64,000 nucleotides of DNA from an uncultured Alphaproteobacteria bacterium (lineage in GTDB: Bacteria > Pseudomonadota > Alphaproteobacteria > Sphingomonadales > Sphingomonadaceae): contig CAWKHO010000016.1 of assembly GCA_963849435.1 (NCBI GenBank), positions 7,517 through 71,516 of the forward strand, given 5' to 3'. The notes beneath the pieces are model-generated. The model was given only the letters and a program-made list of their open reading frames with translations. It ran no database searches and was not told the origin of the DNA. Shown here piece after piece: positions 1 through 11,354 of this stretch (position 1 is the stretch's first letter; each line of letters begins with the position of its first letter). The position numbers were made by a program, and so were the translations under genes.

Positions 1-30
1 GCGGCGAGGGCGCGCCCCTAAATTCCGGCG

Positions 31-1040
31 ATGAAACCGATCGAAGCCAAAGCGTTTGAACGCAAGGCGGCGGAAGCGGCCGACGACCGGTCGGTCTACG
101 CCCCGCCCGTGATCCGCAGCCAAATGAACCGCAGCGACTGGCTGATCCTTGGCGTGCTCGCGCTCATCTGGGGCGGCGCCTTCTTCTTTATCGGGGTCGC
201 GGTCCGTCACGTGCCGCCGCTGACCTATGTCTGGCTGCGCCTGACCATCGCCGCCGTGGCGATGTGGCTGTTCCTCAGGTTCAAGGGCCAGAGTCTCGAA
301 CTTCCGCGCCAGGTGTGGGCTTCGATCGTCGTGCTCGCGGTACTCAACAACGCGCTGCCCTTCGCGCTGTTCGGCTGGGGCCAGACGCATATCGCCAGCG
401 GGCTTGCTTCGATCCTCAACGCGACAACCCCGATCTGGGGTGTGGTTGTCGCGCATTTGCTCACTCGCGACGAGCGCATGAGCCCGCGCAAGGTGGCCGG
501 CGTTCTGCTCGGCTTCGGCGGAGTGGCGATGATGATCGGCCCGTCGCTCCTCACCAGCCTCGGCACCAGCGCGCTCGCCCAGCTCGCCTGCGTCACCGCG
601 TCCCTGAGCTACGCGCTCGCCGCCGTGTGGGCCCGCCGCTTCCGGCGTATCGGAGTGTCGCCGCTCAGCGTCACCACCGGCCAGCTGACCGCCGGCGCGG
701 CCATCATGCTTCCAGTGTCGCTGCTCGTCGATCATCCGTGGCAGCTCGCGATGCCGCCGCTCAGCGCATGGGGCGCGATCGTCGCCTTGGCCCTGCTGTG
801 CACGGCATTCGGCTACGTGCTCTATTTCCGGCTGATCGACCGGGCGGGCGCGACCAATGCGCTTGCTTGTGACCCTGATGGTCCCGCCGACGGCGATCCT
901 GCTCGGCGCACTGTTCCTCAACGAGACGCTCGCGCCGCAGGATTTCCTCGGCCTCGGCGCTGATCGCTCTGGGTCTGGCGGCGATCGACGGACGGCTGCT
1001 CAGTGTGTTTGCGGCGCGGCGCCTTCCGCGATCAGTCTAG
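31..1040 (+). CDS. DMT/EamA family transporter (frameshifts ~860 and ~960)
   Basis: Multi-TM protein with EamA motifs (LIWGGAF, SGLASILNATTP, YFRLIDRAGATNA); C-terminus continues in other frames to TAG at 1038-1040. Confidence 0.85.
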
Positions 1041-1560
1041 CCGCCTCCGGGCTGGTCCAGTCGCGGTCGCCGACATAGCGCCAGACTTCGCGGCCGTTCG
1101 CGTCATAGAGGAACGTGGTCGGCAGCACCGCATCCGGACCAAGCGCGCCTGACAGGCTCGACTTCGCATCCTGATACGCAGCGAGATTGACGATCTTGTG
1201 GCTCGCCAGGAACGCCTCGACTGACGCGTGCGGGCCGCTGTCCTGGCTGACCGCAACCACCGTGATGCCCTTGCCCCCCGCTAGCCGATCGAGCGTCGGC
1301 AGCTCCTTGACGCACGGTGCGCACCAGGTCGCCCAGAGATTTACCAGCACCGGCTTGCCGGAGAATTCGGCCAGGCTTGTCTCATTCCCATCGGGATCGT
1401 TGAACGTGGCGTCCGGCGCGGGCGTGCCCTTGTGGCTGCGGTCGACGCCCTTCACCGGTCCCGCCTGCGCAGCCGGCGCGGCTTCGTTCGCCGCCCGCTG
1501 TGCGGGCTTGTGGCACGCGGCAAGCGCAAGAAAAGCGCACGGGATCAGCAGCAAACGCAT
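1000..1560 (-). CDS. TlpA-like thiol:disulfide oxidoreductase lipoprotein
   Basis: Lipobox LALAAC; VLVNLWATWCAPC thioredoxin CxxC motif. Confidence 0.9.
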   Translation of the reverse strand: MRLLLIPCAFLALAACHKPAQRAANEAAPAAQAGPVKGVDRSHKGTPAPDATFNDPDGNETSLAEFSGKPVLVNLWATWCAPCVKELPTLDRLAGGKGITVVAVSQDSGPHASVEAFLASHKIVNLAAYQDAKSSLSGALGPDAVLPTTFLYDANGREVWRYVGDRDWTSPEAARLIAEGAAPQTH

Positions 1561-1608
1561 CGCCGCAGGCCGCTAGCGCAAGCGGCGGTGAACGGCTAGT
1601 CGGGACCG

Positions 1609-1929
1609 ATGAAGCGCATCGCGTTGCTCGCCCTCGTAGTCGCGCTCGGCAGCTGCGGCCGGGTCACCGACCTGAAGCCGGCGCGTGGCCAGGCTCTGCC
1701 CGTCAAACCGGCAATGGCGCGGGCCACGCCGACCCCGAAAGACCTGCTGACGCCGCCGACATACGCCCGGCCCGACCGCGTCGACGAGCTCATCAAGCGC
1801 TCGGAGCCGCGCCGCGCCGATCCGTTCGACCTGCCCCCGCCGACCGGCGGCGAAGCGCCTGCCCAACCCGCCGGAACGCAGCCGCAGCCGGTCCCCGGCG
1901 ACTCCAAAGTCGCGAACCCAGGAGCATAG
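1609..1929 (+). CDS. hypothetical lipoprotein
   Basis: Signal peptide with LGSC lipobox; Pro-rich; directly upstream of galU. Confidence 0.75.
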   Translation: MKRIALLALVVALGSCGRVTDLKPARGQALPVKPAMARATPTPKDLLTPPTYARPDRVDELIKRSEPRRADPFDLPPPTGGEAPAQPAGTQPQPVPGDSKVANPGA

Positions 1930-1937
1930 ACCCGCAC

Positions 1938-2798
1938 ATGGCCACTCGCGTCCGCAAGGCGGTGTTCCCGGTCGCGGGCCTCGGCACCCGCCTGCTCCCC
2001 GCCAGCAAGAGCATCCCCAAGGAGATGATCACCATCGTCGACCGGCCGCTGATCCAGTACGCGGTCGACGAGGCCCGCGAGGCCGGGATCGAGCAGATGA
2101 TCTTCGTCACGGGCCGCGGTAAATCGGCGCTGGTCGATTATTTCGACCACGCGTTCGAGCTCGAAACCACGATGCGCGAGAAGGGCAAGAACCTCGACGC
2201 GCTTGAACTCTCGAACGCGCGCTTCGGCGAGATCGTGTCGGTGCGCCAGCAGCAGCCGCTCGGCCTCGGCCACGCCGTGTGGTGCGCCCGCGACATTGTC
2301 GGCGACGAACCGTTCGCAGTGCTGCTCCCCGACGATCTGATGGCCGGCACGCCCGGTGCGTTGCGGCAGATGGTGGATGCGTGGGAGCGCGTCGGCGGCA
2401 ATCTGGTGGCGACGGAGGAAGTGCCCGCGGAAAAGACAAAGTCCTACGGCATCATCACGCCCGGCAAGTCCAATGGCGACCTTACTGAAGTGCGCGGGCT
2501 CGTCGAAAAGCCGGATCCTAGCGTCGCGCCGTCACGGCTCGGGGTGATCGGCCGCTACATCCTTCAACCCGAGGTGATGGGCGTGCTCGACGAGCAGGAA
2601 CGCGGCGCCGGGGGCGAGATCCAGCTGACCGACGCAATGGCCAAGCTGATCGGCAAGCAGCCGTTCCACGCGCTGAAGGTCGATGCGGTGCGTCACGATT
2701 GCGGCGACAAGGCCGGCTTCGTCATCGCCAATTTCGCGATGGGGCTAGAGCGCGATGATGTCGGGCCGAAGGTGCGCGAGTTCATTGCGGGGCTGTAG
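1938..2798 (+). CDS. galU: UTP--glucose-1-phosphate uridylyltransferase
   Basis: KAVFPVAGLGTRLLPASKSIPKEM, GLGHAV, VEKP and GEIQLTDA motifs. Confidence 0.95.
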   Translation: MATRVRKAVFPVAGLGTRLLPASKSIPKEMITIVDRPLIQYAVDEAREAGIEQMIFVTGRGKSALVDYFDHAFELETTMREKGKNLDALELSNARFGEIVSVRQQQPLGLGHAVWCARDIVGDEPFAVLLPDDLMAGTPGALRQMVDAWERVGGNLVATEEVPAEKTKSYGIITPGKSNGDLTEVRGLVEKPDPSVAPSRLGVIGRYILQPEVMGVLDEQERGAGGEIQLTDAMAKLIGKQPFHALKVDAVRHDCGDKAGFVIANFAMGLERDDVGPKVREFIAGL

Positions 2799-3316
2799 CC
2801 CCACCGCTCCCAGGCGCGCCAATTGATCGCGCAGCTCACCGACCTGGATCGCGCGCTCGACGATGCGCGCGTCGAGCGTCGCATTGTCGTGGCGCAGGCG
2901 CTTGAGCAGCCTCGCGCGTTCGATCCGCCGGGCGATGCGCGCGAACAGCACTTCGAAATGAAACGGTTTCAGCACCACGTCATCGGCGCCCGCCTCATAG
3001 GCCTGGATAGCGCCGGCGGGCTTCGATTTACCCGAGATCAACATCACCGGAATGTCACGCCAATGGACTTCGTCGCGGATCAGCCGGGCGAGCTCGGCGC
3101 CGGTCATGCGCCGCATGTCGAGCTCGGCGAGCACCAAATCGATCGGGGCGCGGTGCAGCTCGGCGACCGCATTCTGCCCGCCGTCGGCGGTCGACACCCG
3201 ATAGCCCGCCTCGACCAGCCGCCGCGCGGTGACCGAGAGTTGGTCTTGCTCGGCTCGACCACGAGGATGCGCGGCCGTTCGTCGGCTTCGGACAGGACGG
3301 TGCTGCGAATTTCCAT
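2745..3316 (-). CDS. response regulator receiver protein with coiled-coil tail (frameshifted near 3230)
   Basis: RILVVE...DLVLAEL...PVMLISG...AGADDVVLKPF REC-domain motifs split over two frames. Confidence 0.75.
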
Positions 3317-3409
3317 CGCGCCCGCGCTAAACGAAAATGGTTAATGGGCGGTGCAAACTCAGGCGCTAGGCCACCGAACAAGTCCGCTTTGGCTGAGAAA
3401 TAATCTAAG

Positions 3410-3560
3410 GTAGAGGGTCGACGCGAAGGCCTTCACGGATCGTCTGATCCGATCAGGAAAAGGGCCGCGAACGCGACGATAGCCACGGTTCTACGAACCC
3501 AGTCGGTGCTGAGCAAGACTCACCCCCGCTACGCCGCGTTAGTCGCGCCGGCCTTTTTCA
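3410..3560 (+). ncRNA. candidate structured non-coding RNA (family not recognised)
   Basis: Intergenic; TAATCT -10-like element at ~3401; nested stems (gtcg/cgac, ggcc/ggcc, ctgat/atcag, ggttc/gaacc, agtc/gact); ends in GC stem plus T-run. Confidence 0.4.
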
Positions 3561-3580
3561 GCTGCTCTGCAAGCGAGAGA

Positions 3581-4147
3581 TCACGGCAGCAGCTCGACAT
3601 CCCAATAGAGATAATCGCGCCAGCTTTCGTGCAAATAATTGGGCGGGAACGCGCGGCCGTGCTCCTGGAGCTGCCAGCTCGTCGGGCGGATCGGCTCGCG
3701 CATGATGTGCATGTGCGCTTCCGTCGGCGTCCGCCCGCCTTTCTTCAGGTTGCACGGCGCGCAGGCGGTCGCGACATTCTCCCACATCGTCCGCCCGCCC
3801 TGCGCGCGCGGGAGCACGTGATCGAACGTCAGCTCGCGCCCCGACCCGCAATAGACGCAGCGGAATTTGTCGCGGAGGAACAGGTTGAATCGCGTGAACG
3901 CCGGATATTCGTTGGGCTTCACGAATTGCCTGAGCGCGATCACCGAGGGCAGCTTCAGCGACAGGCTCGGCGAGTGCACCTCGCGATCGTAATGCGCGAC
4001 CACGTCGACGCGCTCGAGGAACATCGACTTGACCGCCGTCTGCCACGGCCACAGCGAGAGCGGGTAATAAGACAGCGGGGTATAATCGGCGTTGAGCACC
4101 AGCGCCGGGCAGCTGTCAGGATGGCGGATCAGCTCAGGATGGTACAC
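3581..4147 (-). CDS. HNH endonuclease (McrA-like)
   Basis: ALVLNADY N-terminus; RD..CVYCG...TFDHVLPRAQGG...WENVATACAPCNLKKG. Confidence 0.9.
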   Translation of the reverse strand: MYHPELIRHPDSCPALVLNADYTPLSYYPLSLWPWQTAVKSMFLERVDVVAHYDREVHSPSLSLKLPSVIALRQFVKPNEYPAFTRFNLFLRDKFRCVYCGSGRELTFDHVLPRAQGGRTMWENVATACAPCNLKKGGRTPTEAHMHIMREPIRPTSWQLQEHGRAFPPNYLHESWRDYLYWDVELLP

Positions 4148-4280
4148 GCGACGCGCAAGCCTTTCGTTCGGTCGGTCCGAACTCCAGCTCTCCGGCCCCG
4201 TCGCACGCAAGGAGGAGAGGGGCGCGGCCCGTCTTCCCTTGTGACGCACCGGATGCCAACCCGGTGTGACATGCATGTGC

Positions 4281-5197
4281 ATGAAGGATCCTTCCAGGGA
4301 CGCACGGGTGGAGGAGTCATCGACCCCTCTCGAGCCAACAGCTCCGTCGAGGATCGATAAGCCGCTTCGCCCCTTCTCCCACGGGACATTTGCATCTGGG
4401 ACACGCCTACAGCGCCGTCCTCGGTCATGCGCGTGCGCGGCAGAGCGGCGGCAAATTCCTGCTGCGCATCGAGGACCTCGACCCGACGCGCAGCCGGCCA
4501 GAGTTCGTCGACGGCATCTATGAGGACCTGATATGGCTTGGCCTCGAATGGGACCAGCCGATGCTGATCCAGTCGCAGCGCAGCGCTGTTTACGCTGAAG
4601 CGCTCGAGCGACTGCGCGCGCAGGGGCTCATCTATGCCTGCTTCTGCACGCGCGCGGACATCGCGGCAGCGCTCGAGGCGCCCATGGACCCGCGGGTGCG
4701 CATTATCCGGGCACGTGCCGCGCTCTCCCGGACGATCCCGATCGGCGCGCGGCGATGCCGCATTGCTGGCGGCTCGACAGCGTCAAGGCGCTTGAGATCG
4801 GGGGACTCCCGGAGTGGACCGAAGACGATGGCCGCAACTTCTCGACAGGTCCCGGCGATTTTGACGACGTGATCCTCGCCCGCAAGGATGCGCCGGCCGC
4901 TTATCACCTCGCCTGCGTCGTCGATGACGCGGCGAGCGGCGTGACCTGGTCGTTCGCGCCGCCGATCTGCGCTCCTCCACCCCGATCCAGCGGCTGCTGC
5001 AGGCGCTGCTCGGCCTTCCAAAACCGGCTTATCTCCACCACCCGCTGGTCGCGCACGCGAACGGCCGCCGCCTCGCCAAGCGCGACCGCGCACCCACGCT
5101 GGCCGCGATGCGCGAGAACGGAGTGGATGGACCGGCGCTCGCCGCGGAGCTGCTGGACGGCAAGCTTCCACTTGGTTTCGCCTTTGCCGACGCCTAA
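4281..5197 (+). CDS. gluQ: tRNA glutamyl-Q(34) synthetase GluQRS (several frameshifts; start uncertain)
   Basis: RFAPSPTGHLHLGHA, LRIEDLD, YACFCTR, YHLACVVDDA and RLAKRD motifs across frames. Confidence 0.85.
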
Positions 5198-5206
5198 GGC
5201 GCCGCC

Positions 5207-5413
5207 ATGCGGATCACCCTCCTCATCCTGCTCGTGCTCGCAATGGCCGCGACGGCTTATGTGCTGGTCCGCGGAGTGATTACGATGGCCTCGGGCAAGG
5301 ATTTGACCGGCGAGCAGTCGCAGCAATGGATGCGCCGCCGGGTGCTGTTCCAGGCGGTCGCAATCGTCATCGTCGTGCTGATCCTCGTCGTCGCGGGCGC
5401 GTCGAACAAGTAG
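5207..5413 (+). CDS. twin-transmembrane-helix small protein (HIG1-like)
   Basis: Two TM helices flanking SQQWMRRRVLFQ; usual position upstream of pduO. Confidence 0.8.
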   Translation: MRITLLILLVLAMAATAYVLVRGVITMASGKDLTGEQSQQWMRRRVLFQAVAIVIVVLILVVAGASNK

Positions 5414-5424
5414 AGCGGCTGCGC

Positions 5425-5985
5425 TTGGTCAAGCTCAACAAAATCTACACGCGGACCGGCGACGGCGGCAGCGCCGGCCTCGTCGACGGCAGCCGCGTGA
5501 GCAAGTCGAGCCTGCGCATGACCGCAATCGGCGAGGTCGACGAAGCCAATGCCGCGATCGGCGTGGCGATTGCCGCGATTGGGCCGGGCGAACTCGCGGA
5601 CCGGCTGCTGACGGTTCAGAACGACCTCTTCGACCTCGGCGCCGACGTCGCCACCCCGGGGCGGTGGACGGCGCGCTGCGCATCGTCGCGAGCCAGGTCG
5701 AACGGCTGGAGCGCGAGATCGACGAGATGAACGCGTCGCTCGAGCCGCTCACCAGCTTCATCCTGCCGAGCGGTTCCGCCGCGGTCGCAACACTGCATCT
5801 CGCGCGCGCGATCGTCCGCCGCGCCGAGCGCGCCGCGGTCGCGCTGAACGAAGCCGAGCCACTGAACCCGCAGCTGCTGGCTTACCTCAACCGCCTCTCC
5901 GATCATCTGTTCGTCGCTGCCCGCCATGTCGCCGCGAGCCAGGGCGGCGATGTGCTTGTGGCGACCGGGCGCGAGCCGCACCTGA
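5425..5985 (+). CDS. pduO: cob(I)alamin adenosyltransferase, PduO type (frameshifted)
   Basis: KIYTRTGDGG, GEVDEAN, FILPSG, RRAER and YLNRLSDHLF motifs. Confidence 0.9.
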
Positions 5986-6072
5986 CCCAAAGGCCGTGAT
6001 CTAACATTCGGCACAAAGCTGGACCAACAGCCGTTCTGACGGCCATTCCGCCGAGGTAACGGAGCACTGGCG

Positions 6073-6696
6073 ATGGCGCTTAGCGCAATTGCGATCAACT
6101 GCACGCTCAAGAGCAGCGGCGACGAACCGTCGTCGACTGACAAGATGATCAAAGTCATCGCCGGCGAACTCGCCAAGCACGACGTGAAATTGACGGAGAC
6201 GATCCGCATCGCCGACCATGACATCAAGCCCGGCGTGACCTCCGACGAAGGCCCAGGGGACGCGTGGCCGGACATCCGCCGCAGAATCCTCGCCGCGGAC
6301 ATCCTGATCTTCGGCACGCCGATCTGGCTCGGCCAGCCGTCGAGCCTCGCCAAGCGGGTTGTGGAGCGCATGGACGCCTTCTTCAGCGAAACCGACGGTC
6401 GCGGCCGCATGCCGAGCTTTGGCAAGGTTGCAGTGGTCGGCATCGTCGGCAATGAGGACGGAGCGCACCATGTCACCGCCGAGTTGCTCCAGGCGCTGAA
6501 CGACACCGGCTGGACCGTCGCTGCCCAGGCGGCCTGCTACTGGGTTGGCGAAGCGATGCACAAGACCGACTTCAAGGATTTGCCGAAGGTGCCCGACAAT
6601 GTGCAGGGACTCGCCGGGATTCTCGCGGCCAATGCCGCTCACCTTGCAAATCTGCTACAGCAGCAGGGTTATCCGGGAGTGCCAAAGGACAAGTGA
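6073..6696 (+). CDS. flavodoxin-like NAD(P)H-dependent FMN reductase family protein
   Basis: INCTLK...ADILIFGTPIWLG...VGNEDGAHH motifs. Confidence 0.85.
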   Translation: MALSAIAINCTLKSSGDEPSSTDKMIKVIAGELAKHDVKLTETIRIADHDIKPGVTSDEGPGDAWPDIRRRILAADILIFGTPIWLGQPSSLAKRVVERMDAFFSETDGRGRMPSFGKVAVVGIVGNEDGAHHVTAELLQALNDTGWTVAAQAACYWVGEAMHKTDFKDLPKVPDNVQGLAGILAANAAHLANLLQQQGYPGVPKDK

Positions 6697-7939
6697 AGGC
6701 CGCGCTCGACCGATCTTGCACGACTTCCGCCAGTTCGCTCGCTGAACGGCTGTGGGCGACGCGCGAGTTGACGCTCGATCTCGCAGCGCCGCTCAGCGAC
6801 GCCGATGCGACGATCCAGCCGTTTTCCGACGCGTCGCCGGCCAAATGGCACCTCGCCCATACGACGTGGTTTTTCGAGACCTTTGTGCTGCGCGATCACG
6901 TGCCCGGCTACCGGCTGTTCGATGAGCGCTGGCCGTATCTGTTCAACAGCTATTACGAAGGCGAAGGCCCACGGCACGCGCGCGCCCGGCGCGGTATGCT
7001 CAGCCGCCCGTCGCTCGACGAGGTCCGCGCCTATCGCGCGCACGTCGATGAGGCGCTCGATCGCGCTCTGGCGGCGCTTCCCACGCAGGCGCTCGAGTTG
7101 GTGGAGCTCGGAATCCACCACGAGCAGCAGCACGAGGAGCTGCTCCTCACCGACATTTTGGCGGCGTTCGCCGAGAACCCGCTCGAGCCCGCTTATGGCG
7201 AGCTTCCTCCACCCGCTTGCTTCGCCCCTGAGCCGTTGAGCTTTCAGCGGGGCCGTGAAGGAATCGTCGAGATTGGTGCGGACGAGACGGGCTTCGCCTT
7301 TGACAGCGAGCGGCCGCGCCACCGCGTGTTCCTTGCGCCGCACGCACATCGCCAATCGCCGAGTGACGAACAGCGAGTGGCGCGAGTTCATCGCCGCCGC
7401 TGGCTACTCCACGCCGACCCTGTGGCTGTCCGACGGATGGGAATGGGTGCAGCGCGAGGGCATCGCCGCTCCGCTCTACTGGCGAGATAATGAAACCGAG
7501 TTCACCCTTGGCGGCCGCGCGCGAGATCGATTGGGCCGCGCCCGTGGCGCACGTCAGTTTCTTCGAAGCGGACGCATTCGCCCGCTGGGCTGGAGCGCGG
7601 CTTCCCACCGAAGGCGAATGGGAAGACTTCGCAGCCTCGGCTGATCCCGACATCGGCAACCAGCTCGACGCGGCGGGAGCGGTCGTCCCACGGCCCGGCG
7701 GCGGGATCTTCGGCGACGTATGGGAATGGACGGCAAGCGCTTTCGCTTCCTACCCCGGCTTCGCCCCGGCCGAAGGCGCGGTCGGCGAGTATAACGGCAA
7801 GTTCATGTGCGGTCAGTTCGTGCTCAAGGGCGCGAGCTGCGCCACTCCGCGCGGGCACAGCCGCACCTCGTACCGCAATTTCTTCCCGCCCGCCGCGCGC
7901 TGGCAGTTCACGGGGGTTCGCCTTGCTCGCGACGCTTGA
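6693..7939 (+). CDS. egtB: ergothioneine sulfoxide synthase EgtB (frameshifts ~7345 and ~7510)
   Basis: [47 protein letters not shown] and YRNFF motifs. Confidence 0.92.
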
Positions 7940-8882
7940 CGAACAGACCCGCGCGTTCCGCGACGATGTGCTCGCGGGATTGTCGGCGCCGATCCCGGCC
8001 GTGCCGGCGCGGTGGTTCTACGACCGCCGCGGCTCGGAGCTGTTCGACGAGATTACGCGGCTGCCCGCTTATTATCCGACACGGACCGAAACCGCGCTGC
8101 TCACGTCCGTCATCGCCGATGTCGCGGCCCACATTCCAAAGGGCGCCGCAGTCGTGGAATTCGGCGCCGGCTCGGCAACCAAGACCCCAATCCTCCTGGA
8201 GGCGATCGCGCCCGCGGCTTACGTGCCGGTCGACATTTCCGGCGACTATCTCAACGGCAGCGCGGCCGACCTTCAGCAGAAATTCCCGTCGCTCGAGATC
8301 ATTCCGGTAATCGCCGACTTCGCGCGGCCGTTCTCGCTTCCCGGAGGTCTGGAGCATTTGCCGAGGCTCGGCTTCTTTCCCGGCTCGACCATCGGCAATT
8401 TCGTGCCGCGAAGCGCGACCGATCTCCTGCGCCAATTCCGCGCGCTGCTCGGCCCCGGCGCCAAGCTGCTGATCGGGATGGATCGGGTGAAGCCGATCGA
8501 GCGGCTGATCGCCGCCTACGACGATCCCGAAGGCGTCACGGCCGAGTTCAACCTCAACCTCATCGAGCGGATCAACCGCGAGCTCGACGGCGATATTCCG
8601 CTAGATGCGTTCCGGCACAAGGCGCGCTGGAACGACATATTGTCGCGCATCGAAATGCACCTGGTCGCGACGCGCGACGTGGAGTTCACAATTTCGGGAC
8701 ACAGCTTCCGCTTCGCCGAAGGCTCTTCGATCCACACCGAGAACAGCCACAAATATGCCGATCGGGCCGGGCGCCTTCTGCTGCTCGCCGGCGGCTGGAC
8801 TCCGCACGCGGAGTGGACCGATGCGTCGGGCGATTTCTCGATCGTCCTCGCCGAGGCCGAGCCCGAGCGCTTCGCCCCCTGA
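7923..8882 (+). CDS. egtD: L-histidine N-alpha-methyltransferase EgtD
   Basis: [37 protein letters not shown] and IHTENSHKY motifs. Confidence 0.93.
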   Translation: MLATLDEQTRAFRDDVLAGLSAPIPAVPARWFYDRRGSELFDEITRLPAYYPTRTETALLTSVIADVAAHIPKGAAVVEFGAGSATKTPILLEAIAPAAYVPVDISGDYLNGSAADLQQKFPSLEIIPVIADFARPFSLPGGLEHLPRLGFFPGSTIGNFVPRSATDLLRQFRALLGPGAKLLIGMDRVKPIERLIAAYDDPEGVTAEFNLNLIERINRELDGDIPLDAFRHKARWNDILSRIEMHLVATRDVEFTISGHSFRFAEGSSIHTENSHKYADRAGRLLLLAGGWTPHAEWTDASGDFSIVLAEAEPERFAP

Positions 8883-8918
8883 TTGCTCCTCCAGTGGCGG
8901 CCCGCTAAGCGGCCTCAC

Positions 8919-9218
8919 ATGCTTCTTGCTCTCGTTCAGATCGCCGACCTGCTCCTCGACATCCTCTGGTGGGTCATCATCGGCCAGGTGATCCTCAGCT
9001 GGCTGATCGCCTTCAACGTCATCAACATTCACTCCGGCGGCGTCCGCGCGTTCATCGTCGCGCTCGATCGCCTGACTGCGCCGCTCTATCGGCCGATCCG
9101 GCGCCTGCTTCCCGATTTCGGCGGAATCGACTTCTCGCCCCTGGTGGTTCTGATCCTCATCCAGGTGATCAAGAAACTGCTCGGCGGAGTCGTGGTGCAA
9201 TATTACGGCGTCGGATGA
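8919..9218 (+). CDS. YggT family membrane protein
   Basis: ILSWL...[16 protein letters not shown] motif. Confidence 0.9.
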   Translation: MLLALVQIADLLLDILWWVIIGQVILSWLIAFNVINIHSGGVRAFIVALDRLTAPLYRPIRRLLPDFGGIDFSPLVVLILIQVIKKLLGGVVVQYYGVG

Positions 9219-10102
9219 CGGCGAAGCGGATCGACGGAAAGGCCGCTGCAGCCGCGGTCCGTGAGCAGGTCGCTCGGCTCGTTCCCGAATTCGTTGCGCG
9301 AACCGGCCGTCCGCCGGGTCTCGCGACGGTTCTGGTCGGCGAGGATCCGGCGAGCGCCGTCTATGTCCGCTCAAAGAACCGTGCGACAGCCGAAGCGGGC
9401 ATGGCCGGCTTCGCTCACAACCTGACGGACACGATCTCGCAAGCCGAACTGCTGGAGCTGATCGGGCGGCTCAACGCGGACGAGTCCGTTGATGGCATCC
9501 TCGTCCAGCTGCCGCTTCCCCGGCACATCGACGCCGCGCTCGTCATTGCCACGATCGATCCGGCCAAGGATGTCGACGGCTTTCACCCGATCAATGCCGG
9601 CCGCCTCGCCACGGGGCTCGAGTCTTTAGTGCCCTGCACACCCCTCGGCTGCCTTTATCTGCTGAAAGCGGAACTCGGCAGCATTGCCGGGCTGGATGCG
9701 GTGGTGGTCGGACGGTCGAACATTGTCGGCAAGCCCATGGCTTTGCTCCTGCTCGGCGAGAATGCGACCGTCACGATCGCCCATTCGAAAACGCGCGATC
9801 TTCCCGCGGTCGTGCGGCGCGCGGATATCGTCGTCGCCGCGGTCGGCCGGCCCGAGATGGTGCGCGGCGACTGGATCAAGCCCGGCGCCACGGTGATCGA
9901 CGTCGGAATCAATCGCATCCCGACCGATGACGGCAAGGGACGGTTGGTCGGCGACGTCGCTTATGATGAAGCCGTCGAAGTCGCCGCTGCGATCACCCCC
10001 GTACCCGGCGGAGTCGGGCCGATGACCATCGCGATGCTGATGCGTAATACATTGGTCGCAGCGCACCGCCGCGCCGGCCTTGCAGACCCGGAGGGATTAT
10101 GA
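9215..10102 (+). CDS. folD: bifunctional methylenetetrahydrofolate dehydrogenase/cyclohydrolase
   Basis: [30 protein letters not shown] and [11 protein letters not shown] motifs. Confidence 0.96.
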   Translation: MTAKRIDGKAAAAAVREQVARLVPEFVARTGRPPGLATVLVGEDPASAVYVRSKNRATAEAGMAGFAHNLTDTISQAELLELIGRLNADESVDGILVQLPLPRHIDAALVIATIDPAKDVDGFHPINAGRLATGLESLVPCTPLGCLYLLKAELGSIAGLDAVVVGRSNIVGKPMALLLLGENATVTIAHSKTRDLPAVVRRADIVVAAVGRPEMVRGDWIKPGATVIDVGINRIPTDDGKGRLVGDVAYDEAVEVAAAITPVPGGVGPMTIAMLMRNTLVAAHRRAGLADPEGL

Positions 10103-10725
10103 TCGCCGCACTCTTGCTTGCCGCCTCGGTTCCGACTGCCGTCGACGCCGAATATGCATTCGCGCGCGACGCGCAGCGGATCGGCCAATGGACCGCGTTC
10201 CGCAAATATGCCGATCGCGACGCGGTGATGTTCACTCCGCAAGCGGTATGGGCACGCGATTTCCTCCAGGACCGCAAGGATCCGGCGCGATCGGTCCGCT
10301 GGTGGCCGGCGCACAGCTTCGTCTCATGCGATGGGCGCATGGCGGTAAACACGGGTCCATGGATTCGGCCCGACAACAGCCACGGCTACTTCACCACAGT
10401 CTGGCAGCGCAGCGGCAAAGGCTGGCGCTGGGCGTACGACGGCGGCGATGCCGAGAAGGGAGCATTGCCCAAAATCCCGATGCCGGTCGTTCACCGCGCA
10501 TCGTGCCGCGCCCGCGCGCCCGGTGCACCGATCATCCCGCCGCCGCCGCTAACGCCGAAGCAGGCGCGCACCACGCCCGAGGACAATGGCCGCGGCCAGT
10601 CCGCCGACAAGACTCTCGGGTGGGACTGGAAGGTCGACAAGAAGGGCGGCCGCAAGTTCCGCGTCTATCTGTGGAACGGCGCGCGGTACGCGCAGGTGCT
10701 GTACAACGACATTCCGCCGCCATGA
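10099..10725 (+). CDS. secreted hypothetical protein (NTF2/DUF4440-like fold possible)
   Basis: Signal peptide; [17 protein letters not shown]; SCDG; GYFTTVW; stop/start overlaps with both neighbours. Confidence 0.7.
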   Translation: MIAALLLAASVPTAVDAEYAFARDAQRIGQWTAFRKYADRDAVMFTPQAVWARDFLQDRKDPARSVRWWPAHSFVSCDGRMAVNTGPWIRPDNSHGYFTTVWQRSGKGWRWAYDGGDAEKGALPKIPMPVVHRASCRARAPGAPIIPPPPLTPKQARTTPEDNGRGQSADKTLGWDWKVDKKGGRKFRVYLWNGARYAQVLYNDIPPP

Positions 10726-11354
10726 TCGAGCTGTTCGGCTCGGCCCTGGTCACCTTCCTCGTGATCATCGATCCGCCGGGCTGCGCGCCGATCTTCGCCA
10801 GCCTGACGCGGGGAACGACGGCCGGCCACCGACGCGCAATGGCCATCCGCTCGTCGCTGATCGCCTGGGCGATCCTGATGTTCTTCGCGTTGCTCGGTCG
10901 GCCCATGCTCCACGCCTTGGGCATCAGCCTGGCGAGCTTTCGAATCGCCGGCGGAATCCTGCTCTTCTTCATCGCCTTCGACATGATCTTCGAGCGGCGC
11001 ACCGAGCGCCGCGAGAAGCGGGCGGAGGAGATCGAAGGAACACCCGAGGCCGAGGACATCAGCGTCTTCCCGATGGCGATACCGATGATCACCGGCCCCG
11101 GCTCGATCGCCAGCGCCATGCTGTGGGTAAGCCGAGCCGAGGATGTCGCCGCAGTGGCGGTTGTGCTTGCGGCGATCACAACGGTGATGCTGATCACCTT
11201 GCTGACCCTGCTCGCCGCCGGACCGCTTATGCGGCTGATCGGCGAGAAGATCGAGGCGATGATCACCCGCATCCTCGGCGTGATCCTCGCGGCGCTCGCC
11301 GCCCAGTTCGTAATTGACGGGCTAAAGCAAAGCTTCCCCCACGTCCTCGCCTAG
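10722..11354 (+). CDS. MarC family membrane protein
   Basis: IIDPPG, FRIAGGILLF, FPMAIPMITGPG and ITRILG motifs. Confidence 0.92.
   Translation: MIELFGSALVTFLVIIDPPGCAPIFASLTRGTTAGHRRAMAIRSSLIAWAILMFFALLGRPMLHALGISLASFRIAGGILLFFIAFDMIFERRTERREKRAEEIEGTPEAEDISVFPMAIPMITGPGSIASAMLWVSRAEDVAAVAVVLAAITTVMLITLLTLLAAGPLMRLIGEKIEAMITRILGVILAALAAQFVIDGLKQSFPHVLA

Noticed and set aside
3328-3345. Full CtrA box upstream of the response regulator
   Set aside because: Only a TTAACCAT half-site; spacing does not fit TTAA-N7-TTAA.
3410-3560. SRP 4.5S RNA or HEARO/omega RNA linked to the HNH gene
   Set aside because: Lacks the SRP CAGG.CCGGAAGG.AGCAG core; the HNH is a short McrA-like protein without IscB RuvC/PLMP features and is convergent.
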